Translations under genes and position numbers: made by a program
Notes under the pieces: generated by a model
Database searches by the model: none
What the model was told of the DNA's origin: nothing
What the model saw: only the letters and a program-made list of their open reading frames with translations
Sequence record: MN013077.1
DNA: 64,000 nt
Strand: one strand, 5' to 3'
Source: Klebsiella phage vB_KaeM_KaOmega
Shown: positions 57,450 through 64,000 of the stretch, in pieces
Position numbering within the stretch: the stretch's first letter is position 1
How the letters are laid out: each line of letters starts with the position of its first letter

Positions 57450-57629
57450 ATGACTTATTTCAGAAACTTAGAAAACGGGCATTATTACACCATATCCGCC
57501 GGGCGGGTTCGTTGGTGGCTGGATCATTCTGCCGTGTGGGTCCGTAGTGAACATCTAAAGCCGTGTGACCTTGCCCACTATCCGTATATTGGAACCACCA
57601 CCGGACCAGGGGCCGAAAATGGGCGCTAA
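57450..57629 (+). CDS. tiny protein (59 aa)
   Basis: Preceded by a GGCCCC-gaaa-GGGGCC hairpin with no promoter hexamers. Confidence 0.3.
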   Translation: MTYFRNLENGHYYTISAGRVRWWLDHSAVWVRSEHLKPCDLAHYPYIGTTTGPGAENGR

Positions 57630-57843
57630 TACCCGCAACCGCTACGGCATAACGCGCCGTTTCGGGGTCTGCTATATGCTGGCAGATGATCCACAATACA
57701 GGGCATTGCTGGAGGCTTACCAGGTCACCAAACTGGACGCCCAAAAGGGCCGGGCCGAACATGCCGCCCACGTAGCGAACATCAAAGCGTTACACGAATT
57801 TTTAGCCGTCGCTGAAAAGCGCCACGACATCCGCCACCGTTGA
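57619..57843 (+). CDS. small basic protein
   Basis: ATG at 57619 overlaps the upstream stop. Confidence 0.35.
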   Translation: MGANTRNRYGITRRFGVCYMLADDPQYRALLEAYQVTKLDAQKGRAEHAAHVANIKALHEFLAVAEKRHDIRHR

Positions 57844-57854
57844 GAGTGCAAACC

Positions 57855-58049
57855 ATGATCACAGAATCCGAGATCCGCCAAACGTTAGCCGCCTTGCGTT
57901 ACCTCCACGCCTTGCGCCGGGCAAGTGATCCGACTTATGCCGGGTCATGCCTGGCTAACGATGCCGAAAACGGGATCGCCACACTGAAAGAATTAAACGA
58001 CCGCATGAGCGACAGCGACCGATCCGACTTCATAGGGGGCGAAATATGA
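57855..58049 (+). CDS. small protein
   Basis: ATG at 57855. Confidence 0.4.
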   Translation: MITESEIRQTLAALRYLHALRRASDPTYAGSCLANDAENGIATLKELNDRMSDSDRSDFIGGEI

Positions 58050-58246
58050 TCGACTTATCCGGCGTGAAGCCTGGCGATCTGGTCTGGGCCTTTGACTATC
58101 CGACCGATCCACCGTATGACGTTTGCAACGCTTGCAAACTGGAGTATTTGAACACCGGGAAAAATGAGTACCAGTTACGCCGCCCGGATAACGGCGTGAT
58201 CGTTTACTTTCGCTACATCGCACCAATTGAAGGGGCCAAACCATGA
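58046..58246 (+). CDS. small protein
   Basis: 66-aa ORF. Confidence 0.4.
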   Translation: MIDLSGVKPGDLVWAFDYPTDPPYDVCNACKLEYLNTGKNEYQLRRPDNGVIVYFRYIAPIEGAKP

Positions 58247-58557
58247 TCGCCATTACGCCAACCGTTTTAGATTGGTATCGCCAACAGATCGCGCCGCCGC
58301 TGGCTATCTTCAAACAGGCAGAAAGCAAACAGCGCCGGATCTCCATTCATGAGATCATCACCCTTAACGCCGGGGCGGTCCCGTTCAATCCTGGGGCGGG
58401 TCGCAACATGGGCAACACGTTAGCGCTTTTGAGTTTACGCCGGAAACGGTCCGCCCTTACCTTGGATTCACTCCGCATGATGGGAGATCCGCACCGGGTA
58501 ACAGGTCGCCGGATCGCCAGGGCCTGGGAACGGGCAAACGGTCGAAAGGTTGTATAA
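58243..58557 (+). CDS. hypothetical basic protein
   Basis: 104-aa ORF. Confidence 0.45.
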   Translation: MIAITPTVLDWYRQQIAPPLAIFKQAESKQRRISIHEIITLNAGAVPFNPGAGRNMGNTLALLSLRRKRSALTLDSLRMMGDPHRVTGRRIARAWERANGRKVV

Positions 58558-58975
58558 AATAACAGTGTTTACAGGGGTTGAATTGTTCGCCCCTTTTTGT
58601 TATCCTTTTTTCATGCGATGGCACCTGATGCAGGGGGAGACAAACACCGGACCTGCCCGCTATTCAGGAAGGCGGACCGGACCTGGGTCTCTCCGGATAG
58701 ATGAGAATGGTTATCATTCCCAATCAAATCAAATACATACTTTCAAACCGTTGTCAAATTTATTTCGTACTCCTGTATAAATGTACATGGTTCTAAAACG
58801 TCCTGAATCGCGTTTTAAGCCGTTTTCCCCTTACCCGGTATCCTACATCATAAAAATATAGATCTCTCGAAATCGGACTTTCGCACTTTTTGCCCTTGCA
58901 AACGTAAAAATTTTATGTTAGACCTGAAGGGCTGAAAGCCGGGTTTACGTTGACAAAACTTTACAATTCTCCCTA

Positions 58976-59003
58976 TTGCATCGATCCGCCATTGTGCTAT
59001 TAT
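58976..59003 (+). promoter_or_regulatory. candidate sigma70 promoter (TTGCAT-16-TATTAT)
   Basis: Upstream of gene 59057; leader is of the GGGCGGC family. Confidence 0.4.
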
Positions 59004-59056
59004 TTATCACGTAGGGCGGCAATGACGCGACGGCCCGCAGAGAGGAGACAGTAAAA

Positions 59057-59428
59057 ATGAACCTGACCAACTTCAACCGCTACTACATCCGCGACGAACA
59101 GGCAAACGCTTTTGGGTACGATCGTTCGTTCGAAATGCAACAGCACGTAGGCGGCGCAAAGTTACACGTTGAAACTGTTACCTTTGAAAACTATTTTATG
59201 GCGACCTTTGACAATGGTTTACAGATCTCCATTGAGTACAAAGGCGGCGTGATGACTCTCGCCACTGAGGATAAATTCCGCAAAAAAGATCTTTTGAATC
59301 ATCCAGGTTTTGCCAGCAACAAAGAATTATTGATTAAAATTTATATCCGCTGGGTAGTGGGCCGCATCGCAACAGAAGAGCAGATCGCCGCCCTGGTGGA
59401 TCTGGCTCTGAATCTGGATTTAAATTAA
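59057..59428 (+). CDS. early protein
   Basis: 123 aa; GAGAGGAG RBS. Confidence 0.5.
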   Translation: MNLTNFNRYYIRDEQANAFGYDRSFEMQQHVGGAKLHVETVTFENYFMATFDNGLQISIEYKGGVMTLATEDKFRKKDLLNHPGFASNKELLIKIYIRWVVGRIATEEQIAALVDLALNLDLN

Positions 59429-59431
59429 TAG

Positions 59432-59460
59432 TTGACAAGGGGCCGGAAAGGCCCCATAAT
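59432..59460 (+). promoter_or_regulatory. sigma70 promoter with spacer hairpin
   Basis: TTGACA-17-CATAAT; identical core to the promoter at 54024. Confidence 0.7.
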
Positions 59461-59505
59461 ACCCACTCAAGCAACAAACCACTAAGAACACTGGAGACCG
59501 TAAAA

Positions 59506-59820
59506 ATGACCAAATCTAAATTTTTCGAAATGCTGGATCGCTACCTGTCAAGCCATAACGAGTGGGCCAAACTTGGCAACGGTTACGACTCATACAAGGC
59601 CGAACAGTTAAAACCTTATGTTTTCCATGAGGACCCGGCGAACCTGGAGAAATGGAAAGCTAAAGATCCGTCCTATCCTTGGACCGCTCACGCTTCAGGT
59701 TTTACCCTGGCTGATTGTTGGCATGTTGAGGTAATGCAACATAAAACCGCTGAAGCGGCAGAAAAGCAAAACAAAATTTTCACCCGCTGGATCGCAGACT
59801 ATCAAAAGGCCCGCGCTTAA
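59506..59820 (+). CDS. early protein
   Basis: 104-aa ORF. Confidence 0.5.
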   Translation: MTKSKFFEMLDRYLSSHNEWAKLGNGYDSYKAEQLKPYVFHEDPANLEKWKAKDPSYPWTAHASGFTLADCWHVEVMQHKTAEAAEKQNKIFTRWIADYQKARA

Positions 59821-60065
59821 TGTCCCGGCTTTTTAAAATCAATCTTCCATTGTGGGCCGCTTTAGCGGTCCTCATTGCCTTTTTTGGCGATACGGTCAAC
59901 AATTGGATTTTGTCCGCTGTACTTGGACCGGATCAACTGGTCACAACATTTTTAAACGCTTTCGGCGCTACACTGGCAACGGCCCGCCTTGCCTATCGTG
60001 GCAAATCAATAAACCGTTATGATCTGGCGCTATCACTGCCCGCCCTGGTTACCTGCCTAAACTGA
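59820..60065 (+). CDS. membrane protein
   Basis: 81 aa with two TM helices. Confidence 0.45.
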   Translation: MSRLFKINLPLWAALAVLIAFFGDTVNNWILSAVLGPDQLVTTFLNAFGATLATARLAYRGKSINRYDLALSLPALVTCLN

Positions 60066-60067
60066 AG

Positions 60068-60093
60068 AGGCCCGCCACCCCGGCGGGCTTTTT
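60068..60093 (+). terminator. rho-independent terminator
   Basis: GCCCGCC-acccc-GGCGGGC followed by TTTTTGTT. Confidence 0.75.
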
Positions 60094-60122
60094 GTTGCAT
60101 CCAGATCCGTGACCTGTTATAA
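60094..60122 (+). promoter_or_regulatory. sigma70 promoter (TTGCAT-17-TATAAT)
   Basis: Near-perfect consensus. Confidence 0.65.
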
Positions 60123-60169
60123 TACTTACTCACCCGGCAACCGGGCCAAACAACTGGAGACCGTAAAAC

Positions 60170-60370
60170 ATGACAACCGCCAACCGCCTGATCGATGTTC
60201 TGAATGATGCAAAGGCAAACCGTTTAGCCGTGGCAATCAAAGAAGAGGCAAACGGGCTGATCCTGGCAAGTGTTACCGATGGCTGTTACACTGAATCATT
60301 CCATGCTGATACACTGGAGTATCTCGCCCACAGATTAGAAATGATCGTTGACGATTGGCGGCTATTGTGA
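60170..60370 (+). CDS. last small protein of the rightward array
   Basis: 66-aa ORF. Confidence 0.45.
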   Translation: MTTANRLIDVLNDAKANRLAVAIKEEANGLILASVTDGCYTESFHADTLEYLAHRLEMIVDDWRLL

Positions 60371-60385
60371 TCCGACCAAACCAAA

Positions 60386-60414
60386 CAGGCCCGGCATAGT
60401 CCGGGCTTTTTAGT
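60386..60414 (+). terminator. rho-independent terminator
   Basis: GGCCCGG-cata-GTCCGGGC followed by TTTTTAGTG. Confidence 0.65.
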
Positions 60415-60666
60415 GCCTGCAATCCGGCCCGGTATTGGTCCGACTCCCCCAGCCTATAAGCCCTTATCATTTAACATTGTGGAAATCAACATCTAATTTT
60501 ATTCATAAAAACATGCATAATTGAATACAGGAGGCGCTAACCCACTAGCCAGGGTTGAGAGTAGCGGGCCGCATAGGGCCTTACAGCGCGTTTTAGCCCC
60601 TATTGACTTCTATCTGCAAACGTGTATCAGGCCACAACTGACTAAATCACCTTTTCTTTACATAAC

Positions 60667-60697
60667 TTGACACTATTTATTCATTTATCTGCATAAT
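60667..60697 (+). promoter_or_regulatory. candidate promoter (TTGACA-17-TGCATAAT) in the non-coding region
   Basis: No downstream ORF. Points toward the inverted-repeat-flanked element. Confidence 0.3.
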
Positions 60698-60762
60698 GCG
60701 AGAATGATTATCATTTACAATCAATAACTTAACTTTTTATTGACTTCTGACAAAACACGGTT

Positions 60763-60911
60763 TTACGTTCCCACGGATCAAGGGAGGGCGCGCCGGAGGC
60801 GCGACCAATAGAAAACAGGTAACGAACCCTCCCCCGTTGCTAGCTCGCAACGGTTTAGGCTTACGTTCCCACGGTCAAGGGATGACCGCTATCACCTGTT
60901 TTCTATTGGTC
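60763..60911. other. structured element: two 23-nt direct repeats plus an 18-bp perfect inverted repeat (GACCAATAGAAAACAGGT / ACCTGTTTTCTATTGGTC) enclosing about 73 nt with internal palindromes
   Basis: Direct repeats at 60763-60785 and 60861-60883. Inverted-repeat arms at 60803-60820 and 60894-60911. Internal GGGAGGG..CCCTCCC and CGTTGC..GCAACG pairings. Confidence 0.5.
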
Positions 60912-61149
60912 ATTTGTGATTGAAAATCACGTAAAGTCAAGTTTTATTTTACAAATGAGAGTTATTCTTATCTGCATAAAGATTGGTTTTATCTGCATAA
61001 ATACGTAAACAGGCGGACCCGGTACGGGCCGGAGGGCCTGAGAGGAGAGGGCCTTTATTGCTCACAAAACAGCCGAAAGCGTAGCTTTTGCCTGGCAAAA
61101 TTCACTCTTCGTGTCAAGCGAAAAATAATTTTTTTTCTTTTTTCGTAAA

Positions 61150-61295
61150 CGATAATGATTCTCATCCGAGAACCATTCTCAAAGGGCGAATGCGAGTCAT
61201 TCTCATTGGCATTCCACAACGTGAGTGAGACTCATTCTCATCTAGGCCACGGCTGGCGGGCCTCTCCACGTGTTGGGAATGATTATCATTATCCC
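61150..61295. repeat. cluster of TTCTCAT(T) half-sites and an AATGATTATCATT palindrome
   Basis: Four TTCTCAT half-sites between 61159 and 61241. Palindrome at 61278-61290. The same AATGATTATCATT also at 60705-60717. Confidence 0.5.
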
Positions 61296-61897
61296 GAGTG
61301 CGTATAAGGTGTATTATGTTAAATGGGGAAATGTTGGGGGAGGCACACCACAGCCCGGCTGTCAATAAGAGAAGTGTAAAGATGGGCAAGATGGTAGACA
61401 TTTTGTGACTTTGATCGCGTAAAGTTAGGGGCTACCGATCGGGATTCAAGATTGGGAGGGAGAGGCTAAGTAATTGATTATTAAGGATATTTGGGAAAAA
61501 TAACAGGTGCCCCTCCCCACCCCTGTTCGCCATGCCTGGCAGCTATATCCATACGCTGAGATATTTTTCTGGTTTCTGGGCAAGAAGGGCCACCCCTGAT
61601 CGCGTTCTAAAAATTTTGGCGGGAGGGTATTTTGACATAAAAAGAGGGTACACCCAACGGGAGCGCCTCTTCAGGCGTCCCTTGATATTTGGGCAATGTG
61701 GGAATACAGACGGGTACGTCTCTGTGGGAACAGGTATACCCGGCGGGAGAGGGCCTCCCGGACGGGGTATGGCGCTCGCAGAGTTATCAACAGGACAGAA
61801 CACACGTTCGCCTCTTCAGGCAGTGGGTTAGACTCAAGTGGGACTCTTTAGGCCCTGTCAGGTCTACCAGTGTGGGAAACAAAATCCCGGAGGGAAG

Positions 61898-61924
61898 ATA
61901 CAAAAAAGGCCCGCAAAGGGCCTA
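61898..61924 (-). terminator. rho-independent terminator for the leftward gene
   Basis: GGCCC-gcaaa-GGGCC followed by a T-run on the minus strand. Confidence 0.6.
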
Positions 61925-61930
61925 TGTGGA

Positions 61931-62260
61931 TCACCGGATAGGGAAGTGGGCTTCCTTCAGGTTGCAATTGACGTGTCTGCGGATAGCCATCCACCCGATG
62001 TGACCAAATCCGTTCAGTTCTTCCTCGAACTGCTTCAGCTTCGCCCGGAGGACTGGGTACTCAACCCCAACCTGACCGGAAGATGTTCTGGTCATACATA
62101 TAGTGTGGCACAGATCCATTAGGGCCTCGGACCTGCGCTTATTGTTCCGGGTAACCTGACGAATGGCGTTGGCCTTCCTCAGTTCTTTGATATCTTTGTT
62201 CCAACGGTGGGCAATGGCAGGTCTACAAGGGCAGGTTTGACTCTTCAGGTGTGGTTTCAT
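61931..62260 (-). CDS. Cys/His-rich protein, possible HNH-like nuclease or zinc finger
   Basis: 109 aa. CPCRPAIAHRW ... LCHTIC. AAGAGGA RBS; own promoter. Confidence 0.4.
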   Translation of the reverse strand: MKPHLKSQTCPCRPAIAHRWNKDIKELRKANAIRQVTRNNKRRSEALMDLCHTICMTRTSSGQVGVEYPVLRAKLKQFEEELNGFGHIGWMAIRRHVNCNLKEAHFPIR

Positions 62261-62296
62261 AGGTGTTCCTCTTTGGCATGTTTGGAATATGTGGGA

Positions 62297-62325
62297 AGTA
62301 TACTGGTGTTTTGGGAAGGAGTCAA
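62297..62325 (-). promoter_or_regulatory. sigma70 promoter on the minus strand (TTGACT-17-TATACT) with adjacent GGGCC-gaaa-GGCCC hairpin
   Basis: Minus-strand -35 is plus 62320-62325; -10 is plus 62297-62302. Confidence 0.55.
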
Positions 62326-62341
62326 GGGCCTTTCGGCCCTT

Positions 62342-62632
62342 TTATACGATTTCGAAGGATTTGCGAAACAGGTTCATGTGGTCATTGAGGAAGACCCATG
62401 TGGCACTGTCTCCCTGCTCATAATCGTCGTTGTACACAACCACGATATCATATGGTGGGAATTTGTCAGCATATGTGGTGGTCCGGAACCTGTAGGCCTG
62501 CCCAACCTGGAATCCATGCCCGTTGTGCTCAAGGCACCGGGCAACCCCGAACTCCGGAACAGGGAAGTATAACTGCGTCCATGTGGGTCGTGGCGGGCGC
62601 GTAGGGACGTTCCAACGATATGCCTTAGACAT
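62342..62632 (-). CDS. hypothetical protein
   Basis: 96-aa ORF. Confidence 0.45.
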   Translation of the reverse strand: MSKAYRWNVPTRPPRPTWTQLYFPVPEFGVARCLEHNGHGFQVGQAYRFRTTTYADKFPPYDIVVVYNDDYEQGDSATWVFLNDHMNLFRKSFEIV

Positions 62633-62837
62633 TCACTTTCTCCAGCCAAAAGCCGCTCAGATCGGGCCGCAGGGGGTTAATCGGACCATCATCACGGATG
62701 ATGTATTCCGGATTTCCATCGTTGTCGTAGAGCATACGTGCGCCCTCGTCAACGTAGATGTACCGAAGCTCTTTCTGGGTATACCCATACTGCGGGTACT
62801 GTTCCACAACCTTGACTTCCCGTGATGCATTAGTCAT
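62625..62837 (-). CDS. small protein
   Basis: 70-aa ORF. Confidence 0.4.
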   Translation of the reverse strand: MTNASREVKVVEQYPQYGYTQKELRYIYVDEGARMLYDNDGNPEYIIRDDGPINPLRPDLSGFWLEKVNV

Positions 62838-62846
62838 GCTACCTCC

Positions 62847-63062
62847 TCAGTAAATGGTCTTTGCCGCTTCCATTCCGGCGTCAGTGATCTTCCAGAATGT
62901 CCCCTGAATATCTTTACAATACCCCAGCTTTTCAAGGCCCCGCATAGTTCTTGTCGGGGGCTTATCATACACAACCGTCAAATATCCCGGTCCGTACTGA
63001 TGTGCAGTCCACAACCTCAGTAACCAATCTTTCTGTGATGGTGTCATGACGAAGCCTTCCAC
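62847..63062 (-). CDS. small protein
   Basis: 71-aa ORF. Confidence 0.4.
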   Translation of the reverse strand: MEGFVMTPSQKDWLLRLWTAHQYGPGYLTVVYDKPPTRTMRGLEKLGYCKDIQGTFWKITDAGMEAAKTIY

Positions 63063-63382
63063 CCGGCGTTCCAGCCGAAGTCATAGTCAGTGACGGGTTT
63101 TGCGTTCGGTCCTTTATATCCGCCCGGCGGGCAGTCGCCCTCGAAGTGCTTCAAAGCATCAACGTAGCCAACATACCAGTCTCGTGGCTTATCGTTTGTC
63201 GGATACCATGCCTCACGCAAGACGAATTGACGCCACAGTTCCTGGATAGTGGCTACGTGTTCACGGTGGTAATATCCCGAGTTGTAGAGGTTATGCTCTC
63301 CATTATACAGCGCGTCGAAGACGCGCTTCTCCAGCACTACCTCTTCGTCGCTGTCGGGGAGAATTGGCTCGATATTATCCAC
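63044..63382 (-). CDS. hypothetical protein
   Basis: 112-aa ORF. Confidence 0.45.
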   Translation of the reverse strand: MDNIEPILPDSDEEVVLEKRVFDALYNGEHNLYNSGYYHREHVATIQELWRQFVLREAWYPTNDKPRDWYVGYVDALKHFEGDCPPGGYKGPNAKPVTDYDFGWNAGWKASS

Positions 63383-63391
63383 AGAAACTCC

Positions 63392-63667
63392 TTAGTTATC
63401 AACAGGTTCGCCACTATGGCGGGTTGTTGGAATCAGCACCGCTTGTTGACCTACGCCTACCACAATTTGGAAACGTGGATCACGCCGTGGGTCTGGTTTC
63501 GCCAACATTTCCCGCAACTCGTCCGGGTTAGCTTCCCGGTACGTGTAGTTCAAGTCGGTTATGATGCAGAACGTTTCGGCAATCTCTCTTGCTATTTCCT
63601 TGTCCGGGCAAACTGCAAGCAGCTTTCCTGACGGGTCCAGTATGCTGTGTGCTGCGAGATCCATCAC
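63392..63667 (-). CDS. hypothetical protein
   Basis: 91-aa ORF. Confidence 0.45.
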   Translation of the reverse strand: MMDLAAHSILDPSGKLLAVCPDKEIAREIAETFCIITDLNYTYREANPDELREMLAKPDPRRDPRFQIVVGVGQQAVLIPTTRHSGEPVDN

Positions 63668-63849
63668 AAAACCTCCGGGGGTGTGTAGTCACACTCCAGC
63701 AGGGCCAGAAGCTGATTCAGCTTCAGGTGCCCGGTGATCACGTGCTTCTCTTCCGACAGGTCTTCTTTTGAAGTCAGGAAGACGACGGTAATCGGCAGCG
63801 AACGCTCACAAGACTGATAGAAGTGAGTCAGAACTTTGTCATTTCTCAT
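63664..63849 (-). CDS. small protein
   Basis: ATG at 63849. Confidence 0.35.
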   Translation of the reverse strand: MRNDKVLTHFYQSCERSLPITVVFLTSKEDLSEEKHVITGHLKLNQLLALLECDYTPPEVL

Positions 63850-64000
63850 CAGCAATCTCCCAGACGCCGCATGAAGCTGGCTACGTCATCTTCGTTCGCC
63901 GGGCGGATAATGACCACGAGATGACCACGATACTTCCGGGCCACGAACTCTGCCTGACCCCAGTTGTACGTCATGGCACGGATGTTCCCGTTGATGTCCT
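63850..64000 (-). CDS. C-terminal part of a leftward gene (partial, continues beyond window)
   Basis: Open minus-strand frame to the window end; stop overlaps the next start. Confidence 0.35.

Noticed and set aside
48709-59460. GGGGCC..GGCCCC hairpins as intrinsic terminators
   Set aside because: They have no downstream U-tract and sit exactly between the -35 and -10 hexamers, so they were called promoter spacer elements instead.
48300-60400. CRISPR-like regular repeats
   Set aside because: The repeats are promoters with variable spacing of 200-500 bp and enclose RBS-led ORFs. There is no constant repeat/spacer periodicity.
60763-60911. Retron msr/msd-like ncRNA (flanking inverted repeats)
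   Set aside because: There is no reverse transcriptase gene nearby, and the inverted-repeat architecture alone is insufficient.
61532-62003. Two plus-strand ORFs of about 100 aa in the non-coding hub
   Set aside because: They have no RBS, span repeat units and lie opposite a minus-strand terminator.

Overview
This window looks like most of a lytic tailed-phage (Caudoviricetes) genome segment from an Enterobacterales host. Host assignment rests on sigma70-consensus promoters, AGGAG-type RBSs, an E. coli SSB-like DDDIPF tail and a Lar-like gene. About 50% GC; no tRNA or CRISPR was found.

Layout:
- 1..633 (+): 3' end of a plus-strand structural-like gene, followed by a bidirectional terminator.
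- 676..36341 (-): about 36 kb leftward operon, densely packed and translationally coupled (many ATGA/TAATG overlaps). It starts at a sigma70-like promoter at 36373..36401 whose spacer holds a perfect palindrome TCTCGATCGAGA. Recognisable products: T7-gp4-like primase-helicase, family A DNA polymerase, Dda-like SF1 helicase, SSB-like protein with a DDDIPF tail, short C5-cytosine methyltransferase next to a Lar-like protein, macro-like protein, secreted SleB-like hydrolase, 2OG-Fe(II)-oxygenase-like protein, and many unknown small membrane, lipo- and Cys-rich proteins.
- 36465..47407 (+): rightward operon. It opens with an HD-domain (p)ppGpp-hydrolase-like gene, then a MoxR-like AAA+ ATPase paired with a VWA/HExxH-metallopeptidase (DUF2201-like) protein, then about 20 small unknown genes.
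- 47410..48350: non-coding repeat/regulatory region.
- 48368..60370 (+): array of about 36 small genes driven by more than 20 near-identical strong sigma70 promoters. Their consensus is AAAATAATTG-TTGAC-N-GGGGCC-N5-7-GGCCCC-ATAAT, with a GC hairpin inside the spacer, and the leaders fall into a few conserved families. This is presumably an immediate-early host-takeover or anti-defence module.
- 60415..61930: 1.5 kb non-coding region. It contains an element flanked by an 18-bp perfect inverted repeat, TATCTGCATAA repeats, AATGAGAA/TTCTCATT and AATGATTATCATT palindromes, and GTGGGAA repeats.
- 61931..64000 (-): leftward small genes.

Most small genes have no recognisable function. Several start codons were re-picked by RBS and gene tiling.
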